Shown one piece after another: positions 25,577-32,000 of a stretch of 32,000 nucleotides of DNA. The notes beneath the pieces were generated by a model. The model searched no databases. It was given only the letters and a program-made list of their open reading frames with translations, and had not been told where the DNA came from. A program made the translations under genes and the position numbers. Position 1 is the stretch's first letter. Each line of letters begins with the position of its first letter. Source of the DNA: Pyrodictium occultum (GTDB lineage Archaea > Thermoproteota > Thermoprotei_A > Sulfolobales > Pyrodictiaceae); contig NZ_LNTB01000001.1 in assembly GCF_001462395.1 (NCBI RefSeq), positions 1,020,001 to 1,052,000 on the forward strand, written 5' to 3'.

Positions 25577-26409
25577 CCCTCGTGCGGCCTAGCAGGGTGT
25601 TCAGTGTAGACGAGTACGTCGCCTTCTCCTCAATGCCTGGACCCTGGGACCTACCATACATATCCAAGAGCTTCGACGTGGTTATAGCCGCTGTCGAGAA
25701 GCACGAGCTGGCATACGACCCGCGGGAGCTGCGGGTTGAGAGGTTCATCCACCTCCCGGTACCCGACTACATGGGGCCGAGCCTCTGGCAGCTCTACTAT
25801 GCTGCAAAAACTGCTACGAAGATGGCCGAGGAGGGGAAGAGGGTCCTCATCCACTGCATGGGCGGTAGAGGTAGGAGCGCCACGCTGGCAGCAGGCTACC
25901 TCGTCTACCGCTACGGCTTCTCCGCCCGCCGCGCTATCATGACGGTTAGGAGGATACGGCCGGGGGCTGTCGAGTCGGCGTGGCAGAGGGGTGTGCTGAG
26001 AGCCTTCGAGGCCGCGCTGACCGTGGGGGAGGAGAGGCTTGAGCCGTTCTACGGGGACGGGGTGGCCGGGGATCTGCTCCGGCTGGCGGGCCAGGCGGCG
26101 GAGGCTATCACAGCCAGCGGCCTCGGCTCCATGGGGCTAGCCCTGGAGGTCGTGGAGGCTGCTCTAGCGGCGGGGAGGGCTGGGGCCGGCTCGGGCCGTG
26201 CAGCTACACTGGTTGGAAAGCTGCTCTCGGTTCTAGACTCCTCTAAGGCCTTTGCCGAGATAGATATAGTAGAGGACGAGGAGGGGTACACCCTCTACCT
26301 ACGCTGCACCAGCTATACAGAGTTCTGCGACCTTCTGGCGGAGGATGTGCGTACCGCCCTATCGGGGCTGCTTAAGGCTGCTCTCCACGTCGAGGTTTCC
26401 TATGAGTAA
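25573..26409 (+). CDS. Dual-specificity / Cys-based protein phosphatase (HCX5R) with an uncharacterised ~125-aa C-terminal domain
   Basis: Active-site loop VLIHCMGGRGRSAT. GTG at 25573 overlaps the LutB-like stop (GTGA, 25573-25576). The 30 upstream codons of the track ORF lie inside the LutB-like gene. Confidence 0.75.
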   Translation: MTLVRPSRVFSVDEYVAFSSMPGPWDLPYISKSFDVVIAAVEKHELAYDPRELRVERFIHLPVPDYMGPSLWQLYYAAKTATKMAEEGKRVLIHCMGGRGRSATLAAGYLVYRYGFSARRAIMTVRRIRPGAVESAWQRGVLRAFEAALTVGEERLEPFYGDGVAGDLLRLAGQAAEAITASGLGSMGLALEVVEAALAAGRAGAGSGRAATLVGKLLSVLDSSKAFAEIDIVEDEEGYTLYLRCTSYTEFCDLLAEDVRTALSGLLKAALHVEVSYE

Positions 26410-26617
26410 GCTCTGCAGCCTAGTCAATCCTTAGCTGCTTCCTTGCGGTCCCACGGGGGCTGGATGCAGGTAGCCCGTGCAAGCTGCAGTAATACCGACC
26501 TTGCAATCAGCTAATATACGTTAAACATGCTAGCCGCTGATGGCTGGCATACAGGGCTGAAGAGGGCAATTTTTAACTCCTGGTCCAATGTATAGCTGTA
26601 CGTGGAGCGGTGGGAGT

Positions 26618-27640
26618 ATGCTGTTACCCCCTCTGACCCTAGAGGCTAGAGTGCCGCGTAGGTTCAAGGAGCTAGCCGCAGCTGCGCAGGGCAAGCTAGG
26701 CGGCATATCCGGGCTAATAGAATTCTATAAGGATATGCTCTCGGGGGCCGCCGAGCCAGGGCAGCCTCCGAAGAAGGTCAGCGACATAGTCGGCGGTATT
26801 GTAAGGGTGGAGATGCTGGGAGAGAAGTACGTAGCGCTCAAGAACTTCGGTATGAACGACCTGCTCTACTACCTACGTATGATGCAGAGCTTCGGCCTGG
26901 TGAGGGTTATCGCCTACAGCGAGGCCCCGAGGAGGCTAAGCGACGTTGCACTTCAGAGGACGCTTCTAGGCGACACGGTGTTCAAGGCTGCCGACAGGCC
27001 AGAGGCTGCCGTGATGTTCGGCTTCTACATGGGCGTGGTGTTTGACACACCCGCCCGCCACACACTATTCGTAGGCAGCAATGCAGAGAGCATAATCGAC
27101 ATAGCTCTTGACGAGAAGTTCAGGAGTGCCAGCGCCTACAACACTGTGCTGAGCGGCCAGGTACTTCTCCGTGCGAGCGCCGAGCAGATGCTTGCCGGCG
27201 GCAGGGGCAGGCCATGGTACGAGCCCTTCAGCGATCTCAGCGGCATAGTGGCGCTGCTGGGTGCACTGCAGGCTGCCAAGATAAGGCCGTCCCCGGAGAA
27301 GATACTTGGCATAAGGATCCTTAGCAAGATAAAGAAGCAGGTGCTGAAGCTCGTAGACCCCTACGGCGACTACATGCTTGCCAGGGGTACCCTGGTGCTG
27401 GAGATAGACAAGCTAATCAACGAGCGCGAGGAGGACCCGCTGACTGGGGTGAAGTATGATAGCATAGGCGTCGGCATGGCTAAGGATGTGAGCTGGTTCC
27501 GCGGCAAGATACCGAGCAGGGCCTATAACGCGCTAGAAGCCATAGTAAAGGCCGTGAAGGAGAAGAGGGATGAGATAAAGGCTGAGCTGGACCAGCTCTT
27601 CAACCTAACCTTCGGCTTCGCCAAGCAGGGCAGCCAGTGA
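26618..27640 (+). CDS. Hypothetical protein, 340 aa, no recognisable motif
   Basis: Normal composition and codon usage over 1 kb. Own promoter (ATTTTTAA at 26568-26575) and a GGTGGGAG Shine-Dalgarno-like element before ATG 26618. The track start 26588 would precede the predicted TSS. Confidence 0.6.
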   Translation: MLLPPLTLEARVPRRFKELAAAAQGKLGGISGLIEFYKDMLSGAAEPGQPPKKVSDIVGGIVRVEMLGEKYVALKNFGMNDLLYYLRMMQSFGLVRVIAYSEAPRRLSDVALQRTLLGDTVFKAADRPEAAVMFGFYMGVVFDTPARHTLFVGSNAESIIDIALDEKFRSASAYNTVLSGQVLLRASAEQMLAGGRGRPWYEPFSDLSGIVALLGALQAAKIRPSPEKILGIRILSKIKKQVLKLVDPYGDYMLARGTLVLEIDKLINEREEDPLTGVKYDSIGVGMAKDVSWFRGKIPSRAYNALEAIVKAVKEKRDEIKAELDQLFNLTFGFAKQGSQ

Positions 27641-27694
27641 GGTCCAGGACAGCGGGCCTGGCGCAGCCTCCCCTCTCTTGTTTTATAGTTCCAT

Positions 27695-27713
27695 GCCCCG
27701 GCTGTCCCGGGGC
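27695..27713 (+). other. 7-bp GC hairpin GCCCCGG-ctgtc-CCGGGGC just after a TTTTATAG patch (27681-27688)
   Basis: Read directly. Sits between the orphan gene and the beta-CASP-like gene, so it could be a terminator or a promoter-proximal element. Confidence 0.4.
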
Positions 27714-27760
27714 TCAATGTCTAGGGCGCTTATCCCCTTATTGGGCTGGATCTCGCGGAG

Positions 27761-28867
27761 TTGGCTCAAAGCTTAATTGTAATACCTTCGCCTCCTTCCC
27801 GCTATCCCAGGGAGCGCTTGTCCTTGCGGAGCCTGCTGGATCTCGCCGCTGTGACGGAGACCGGGGCGATAGTGCTTGGAAGCCGGGTTGCTGTCGATGG
27901 TCATGCGCCGGGCTATGGTGTTAGGGTTGTGACGCACATACACCAGGACCATATTCTGGGGCTGAGGAGGAGCATACGGGAGGCATCGCTGATAGCTGCC
28001 ACCCCGCTCACACTGGACCTGCTCGAGGCTGCTGGCTACAGGATACCGCCTAGCAAGAGGCTTTCCCTACCTTACCGGGTCCAGGTGTCCGTGGAGGGCG
28101 ATGTGCTTTCTCTAAGAAGGGCTAACCATGTGCCTGGAGCCGCTGAGGTCTTGGTGGAGCTGGAGAACGGGGTACGGGTGGGCTATACCGGTGACTTCAA
28201 GCTGCCCGGTACCGAGGTGCTGAGCGATCTAGACGTGCTTGTCATAGATGCCACGTACGGGCTCGAGGACTGGGTCAGACCGTGGCAGGAGGAGATCGAC
28301 CTGCTGTTAGCCGATGTGGTCCGGGAGGGGCTCTCCCACGGCCCCGTATACCTCTATGGCTACTATGGGAAGATCGAGGAGATAATGCTGCTGCTCCGCA
28401 ACCAAGGGGTTGACGCACCCTTCCTTGTGAACCAGCGTGTTGGCCGCAGCGTCGAGGTTCTCGAACGTCATGGGTACCGCGTGGGCGACGTGGTGGTGGA
28501 GGGTACCCGGGAGGCCGTGGAGGTTAAGCGTAGCGGCTGGTACATAGGCTTTCGCCACTATAGTAGCTGGCGTAGGCGTAGATCGCTGCCTGGAGAGAAC
28601 GGCGCGAGGCCTGTCCACGTACTGCTAACCGGCTGGGAGTTTAGGGAGCCTTTCCGGAGGCTGGGCCCGCGGGAGTTGGTAGTATCGTTCAGCGACCATG
28701 CTGACTTCAGGCAGCTGGTAAGCTACGTGGAGGAGGCCCGGCCGCGGCTGCTTGTCGCTGACAGCTATCGTGGGGGTAGGGCTGCCGCTTATTTCGCCTC
28801 CTACGTGTCTAAGCGTCTCGGAATACCAGCCGTGGCTCTGCCAGGGGGTGGAGTCGATGGCGTCTAG
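27761..28867 (+). CDS. Metallo-beta-lactamase-fold hydrolase with beta-CASP-like motifs (putative nuclease)
   Basis: HxHxDH (THIHQDHILG), a downstream His (ANHVPGAAE), Asp (GYTGDFK), beta-CASP motif A-like (VIDATYG) and motif C-like (FSDHADFRQLVSYVEEARPRLLV). The start is uncertain (TTG 27761). Confidence 0.65.
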   Translation: MAQSLIVIPSPPSRYPRERLSLRSLLDLAAVTETGAIVLGSRVAVDGHAPGYGVRVVTHIHQDHILGLRRSIREASLIAATPLTLDLLEAAGYRIPPSKRLSLPYRVQVSVEGDVLSLRRANHVPGAAEVLVELENGVRVGYTGDFKLPGTEVLSDLDVLVIDATYGLEDWVRPWQEEIDLLLADVVREGLSHGPVYLYGYYGKIEEIMLLLRNQGVDAPFLVNQRVGRSVEVLERHGYRVGDVVVEGTREAVEVKRSGWYIGFRHYSSWRRRRSLPGENGARPVHVLLTGWEFREPFRRLGPRELVVSFSDHADFRQLVSYVEEARPRLLVADSYRGGRAAAYFASYVSKRLGIPAVALPGGGVDGV

Positions 28868-29147
28868 GGAGGATATGAGCCTGGAGAAGCTGGCTTGGCT
28901 TTCCCGCATAAGCCTCGGGGAGGAGGCTGAGGAGCTTAGGAGGCGTATAGAGAGGGCCAGGAGGCTGATAGACAAGCTTCTAGAGGCCAGGTTGGAGGGT
29001 GTTGAGCCTCTCTACCACTCTACCGGCAGCGAGGGGCTCCTCCGTGAGGACAAGCCATCTGGGAGCCTGGACCGGGAGAGGGCGCTCCTTAACGCTGCCA
29101 GGGTGGAGAAGGGGTTCGTGGTAGCTCCGAGAACTGTTGAGGAGTGA
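28857..29147 (+). CDS. gatC: Asp/Glu-tRNA amidotransferase subunit C
   Basis: 96 aa: LEKLAWLSRISLGEEAEELRRRIERARRLIDKLLE...VEPLYH...LREDKP...ALLNAARVEKGFVVAPRTVEE, the typical GatC pattern. ATG 28857 overlaps the upstream stop by 11 nt. Confidence 0.8.
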   Translation: MASREDMSLEKLAWLSRISLGEEAEELRRRIERARRLIDKLLEARLEGVEPLYHSTGSEGLLREDKPSGSLDRERALLNAARVEKGFVVAPRTVEE

Positions 29148-29153
29148 GGGGGC

Positions 29154-29891
29154 CTAACCCCTCGGGAGGCCAAGCCTCCTCTTTATCTCGCGTGCCGCCT
29201 CGGCAACGGTGTCCATGTCTCCGGGGCTCGATATGAGCAGGCCGTCCACGTAGCTCTTTACCTTCTCTGCAAACCTTATAGCCTCGTCCAGGCTATATAT
29301 CGGCTGGTCTGCCAGCATCATCTTGAGCTTCTCGTAGTTCTTCTTACTAGCCACTATCACGTATGGGTAGAGCGTTTTCCCCAGGCTCCTGGCGAGCTTG
29401 CTAACCTCGGCCAGCCTCTCTATCGAGTAGTTTGCACGGAGCACTAGGTAGAAGCTGAGAGGGGCCTCGAGCCGCGAGCGGATGGCCTCCATGGGGTATC
29501 GCAAGCTAAGCATGGCACCAAGCCTCGGGGATCCATGCAGCCTCTTGGCTGCTATACTTGCAGCCTCCTCGACAGTCAGCTCCTCTACAGTGCCCCCTAG
29601 GGCTGGTCTGTCACCGCGAAGCAGTACAGCCTCCTCTACACCGGCGGCCCTTAGGCCGCCAAGTATGCTCAGCAGCCCTACAGTGTTGACATCCACTATC
29701 CGCACGTGGGGAACTACATCGATGAAGTACTTAGCCTTTATGTAGGCTGCTAGCACTGCTGCACTCGCTATAGGCCTTCCCATGGGGGCCTCAGGTATGT
29801 CTATAGCGTCCACTGCCTGAGCGAGCTTCTCTACGCGAAGCGCTAGCTTGTCGGGGTTCTTCGTGGGTTCAAGCTCTCCCAGCAGACGCAT
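29154..29891 (-). CDS. Methylenetetrahydrofolate-reductase-like TIM-barrel protein (tentative)
   Basis: GELEPTKNP...VDAIDIPEAPMGRP...VVPHVRIVDVN...AVLLRGDRP parallels the MetF pattern FEFFPP...VSVTYGA...PHLTC...ALRGDxP (from memory). A GGAGG element lies 10-14 nt upstream of the ATG. Confidence 0.45.
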   Translation of the reverse strand: MRLLGELEPTKNPDKLALRVEKLAQAVDAIDIPEAPMGRPIASAAVLAAYIKAKYFIDVVPHVRIVDVNTVGLLSILGGLRAAGVEEAVLLRGDRPALGGTVEELTVEEAASIAAKRLHGSPRLGAMLSLRYPMEAIRSRLEAPLSFYLVLRANYSIERLAEVSKLARSLGKTLYPYVIVASKKNYEKLKMMLADQPIYSLDEAIRFAEKVKSYVDGLLISSPGDMDTVAEAAREIKRRLGLPRG

Positions 29892-30023
29892 GTACCCCTC
29901 GCCTCCTGATGGCTCGATGCAGCCCAGGCACTGTCCCTGGCCCGCAACCGCATTGGTCCTGCTCTAGCGAGAATCTAGCCGGCATTAGCCTCCTTATATC
30001 TTCCACCGGGGCTGGCGCAGCAC

Positions 30024-30860
30024 CTAGGCCAGCCTGGCTCTGTCTCTAAGCTCTCTAACAGCCTCTGCCAGTCTCTTGGCCTTCTCCGGGTCTATGGGGT
30101 TAGCTGTCCTGCCACCATACTTTATTGACGAGCCTACTATGAACCCGTCCACTATGTTCCAGTATAGCTGTAGATTCTCCTGCCTCAGCCCGCTTCCAAG
30201 GAGGACTGGCTTCGGCGAGCCCCGCTTTATGAAGGCAACATACCCGGGATCTGGGGGCCTTGAGGTGGCCTGCCCGCTTGCTATAACTGCATCCATATAG
30301 CCTCTCTCCACACAGTCGCTAAGGACAGCGCCGAGGTCATAGCTTCCGAGAGGGTAGCTATGCTTTACATCTATGTCTGCGAAGACCATTATGTGTCTAT
30401 CAAGCTGTTTTCTCATCTGCTCCACCTCCCTCGCCGCTGGGGCCAGAAGCCCCTCTGGCGAGAGCCTGGTGTCGCAGTAGGCGTTAAGCCTGATGAACCT
30501 GGCGCCGGTGGCATAGGCCACAGCAAGGGCTATGGAGGCGTTGTTTCGCAGCACGCTCAATCCTACGGGGAGCTTTGTTGATCTCACCACCTCCCTTGCC
30601 ACGACACTGAGGACAGCGGTCAGCACGTCATCACGGCCTGCCACCGCGAAGGGCTTATCGCCGTAATTCTCTATTATAACTGCATCGAAGCCTGCCTCTT
30701 CGAGTTTGCCTGCCTCGTTAACCGTGTACTCGACCAGCCTCTCGACATCGCCATGGCCCCTGGGCGAGGAGGGTGTTGCGGGTAGATGCACTACTCCTAT
30801 CAGCGGCTTGAAGCCGAGTACAGGTATTTTGAGCGGCTCAGCGCCATCCTCTCTCCGCAC
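30024..30860 (-). CDS. BtpA/SgcQ-family TIM-barrel protein
   Basis: LIGVVHLPATPSSP...DAVIIENYGDKPF...GLSVLRNN...FIRLNAY is the BtpA-family pattern. TATA (minus-strand TATATATTTA, plus coords 30920-30929) upstream. Confidence 0.65.
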   Translation of the reverse strand: MRREDGAEPLKIPVLGFKPLIGVVHLPATPSSPRGHGDVERLVEYTVNEAGKLEEAGFDAVIIENYGDKPFAVAGRDDVLTAVLSVVAREVVRSTKLPVGLSVLRNNASIALAVAYATGARFIRLNAYCDTRLSPEGLLAPAAREVEQMRKQLDRHIMVFADIDVKHSYPLGSYDLGAVLSDCVERGYMDAVIASGQATSRPPDPGYVAFIKRGSPKPVLLGSGLRQENLQLYWNIVDGFIVGSSIKYGGRTANPIDPEKAKRLAEAVRELRDRARLA

Positions 30861-31098
30861 GGTTTTCGGCCCTCGACCTTTTTCATCACAGCACGTTGCT
30901 ATAGGCTCTAATGGGCTCTAAATATATAAGGAGGCTCGGTGTCCCTGAACCCCCTATAGTGGCCTAGGGATGTGGATGCGCTGTCCCCAATGGGACCGTT
31001 GAAAGGATGACAGGCCTCCCCCTTTGCCGAAACCTCCCAATAAAAGTGGTTACTGGTTGCCGGAGCCAGGGCCGGTTGTTAGTCTCGTCCCCGCTATG

Positions 31099-31527
31099 CT
31101 ACTTGCCCCCGACAACCTCCTTGAGTATTGATCTGACCTTGTCTTCGAGTCTCGACTCGGTTGTAGCCCCCATTATCACGTCGGCCACGTGGCCGTTTAC
31201 GAATATTATTGTTGTAGGTATGTTTTCGACATTGTAGCGGTCAGCTGTCTCGGGTAGCTTGTCTGTGTCAAGGTATGCGAAGAGTACCTTGCCGTTGTAC
31301 TCCTCTATAAGGCGGCGTGCCACGCGCCGGAAGACTGGAGTGTAGGCCTTGCAGGGGTTGCACCAGGGCGCGGAGAACTCTACCACGGCTACTGGATACC
31401 TCTCTATCACCTTATCAAAGTCCTTCTCTATGTAGTAGAGGGGGTCTCCCAGATCCTGCTCTATGCGTCTTATCTTCTGCTCTACAAGCTTCCGCAGCTC
31501 TGCAGCTACCTCGTCTACGCTGCTCAT
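31099..31527 (-). CDS. Thioredoxin-fold protein (CxxC) with a ~40-aa helical N-terminal extension
   Basis: VVEFSAPWCNPCKAYTPVF...NIPTTIIFVNG. Start at ATG 31527 (or 31545). The remaining upstream codons of the 277-aa track ORF are antisense to yjbQ and highly basic, so they are spurious. Confidence 0.85.
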   Translation of the reverse strand: MSSVDEVAAELRKLVEQKIRRIEQDLGDPLYYIEKDFDKVIERYPVAVVEFSAPWCNPCKAYTPVFRRVARRLIEEYNGKVLFAYLDTDKLPETADRYNVENIPTTIIFVNGHVADVIMGATTESRLEDKVRSILKEVVGGK

Positions 31528-31665
31528 CCGGTGCCACCCGCGCATCCTTTGCTGGCGGGGCCTACGTTTAATTGTGCTGCAGTGGCGGTCAATGCGGGCT
31601 ATCTTATTTTGAAGTCTCCCGGGCAGCTTATGGTGCGGCGAGTCTAAGGCACGGGGGCGTTTGGG

Positions 31666-32000
31666 ATGCGGGTCTTTGTGGACGAACTTGTTGTGTCTAC
31701 GAGGCAGCGTTTTGAAGCGGTTGACATAACGTCTGAGGTTGAGCGCATTGTCTCTAAGTCTGGGATAAGGAACGGCATGTGTATGGTTTTCGTACCTCAT
31801 GCTACGGCTGCCATAATAGCTAACGAGGCCGAGCCCGGGCTTCTCGAAGACTATATAGACCTTGTTAAGCAGCTCTTTAAGCCGGACTACAAGTGGAGGC
31901 ATAACCGGATAGATAATAATGCCCATGCGCACCTCGCAGCCGCCGTGATAGGCCCCTCAAGGGTATTCCCGGTTGCCGGCGGGAGGCTTGTCCGCGGCAC
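31666..32000 (+). CDS. yjbQ: YjbQ/UPF0047-family protein (secondary thiamine-phosphate synthase family), 3' end outside the window
   Basis: Not in the ORF track because it has no stop in the window. Hand translation from ATG 31666: MRVFVDELVVSTRQRFEAVDITSEVERIVSKSGIRNGMCMVFVPHATAAIIANEAEPGLLEDYIDLVKQLFKPDYKWRHNRIDNNAHAHLAAAVIGPSRVFPVAGGRLVRG. This is the classic YjbQ pattern (DIT, HTTAA-like, NAHAHL). In-frame TAA at 31645-31647. Confidence 0.85.
   Translation, partial: MRVFVDELVVSTRQRFEAVDITSEVERIVSKSGIRNGMCMVFVPHATAAIIANEAEPGLLEDYIDLVKQLFKPDYKWRHNRIDNNAHAHLAAAVIGPSRVFPVAGGRLVRG

Noticed and set aside
29892-30023. 38-aa minus-strand mini-ORF (MPARFSLEQDQCGCGPG...) in the btpA/MTHFR-like spacer
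   Set aside because: It is very short, its GGAGG is only 3 nt from the ATG, and it runs into the downstream gene out of frame. There is no support beyond being an open frame.
31528-31932. N-terminal extension of the thioredoxin ORF; I briefly considered an IS200-like transposase remnant or an ncRNA because of the lower GC
   Set aside because: The plus strand encodes an obvious YjbQ-family protein here. The minus-strand reading is its antisense shadow, and there are no transposase motifs.

Overview
High-GC archaeal chromosomal segment. Cren7 chromatin protein, CdvA/CdvB (ESCRT-III) division genes and an intron-containing tRNA-Trp place it in Crenarchaeota, most likely Desulfurococcales-like; that assignment is an inference from gene content. 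Most of the window is densely packed core genes. In order: a membrane-anchored ABC substrate-binding protein (partial, left edge, missing from the ORF track), HtpX protease, an MFS transporter and TatC/TatA. Then a four-gene operon: tandem-V4R protein, [NiFe]-hydrogenase small and large subunits, and a 2x[4Fe-4S] ferredoxin. Then an EamA transporter, a class II aldolase, a Zn-ribbon protein and a minus-strand run thiL-IMPase-(apparently frameshifted Cys-rich gene). Then cdvA, a 402-bp spacer, cdvB, an aldo/keto reductase, a MarC-family protein and SAH hydrolase. Then tRNA-Trp (59-nt intron), a dual-HTH protein, cren7, tRNA-Met/Ile2(CAU) and tRNA-Asn. Then a GlcD + HdrC-like + HdrB/LutA-like + LutB-like oxidoreductase cluster with a coupled dual-specificity phosphatase. 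Then an orphan 340-aa protein, a small beta-CASP-like metallo-beta-lactamase nuclease overlapping gatC, a BtpA-family + MTHFR-like pair, thioredoxin, and a partial YjbQ gene at the right edge (also missing from the ORF track). There are no CRISPR arrays, rRNA genes, transposases or integrases. I found no clear-cut novel system. The best candidates for follow-up are the V4R-hydrogenase operon and its long structured control region, the non-coding cdvA-cdvB spacer with no cdvC downstream, the frameshifted gene upstream of the IMPase gene, and the orphan/beta-CASP/gatC block. Many long ORFs in the track are antisense or out-of-frame shadows of real genes, as expected at this GC content. All functional calls rest on motifs recognised by eye; no database search was run.
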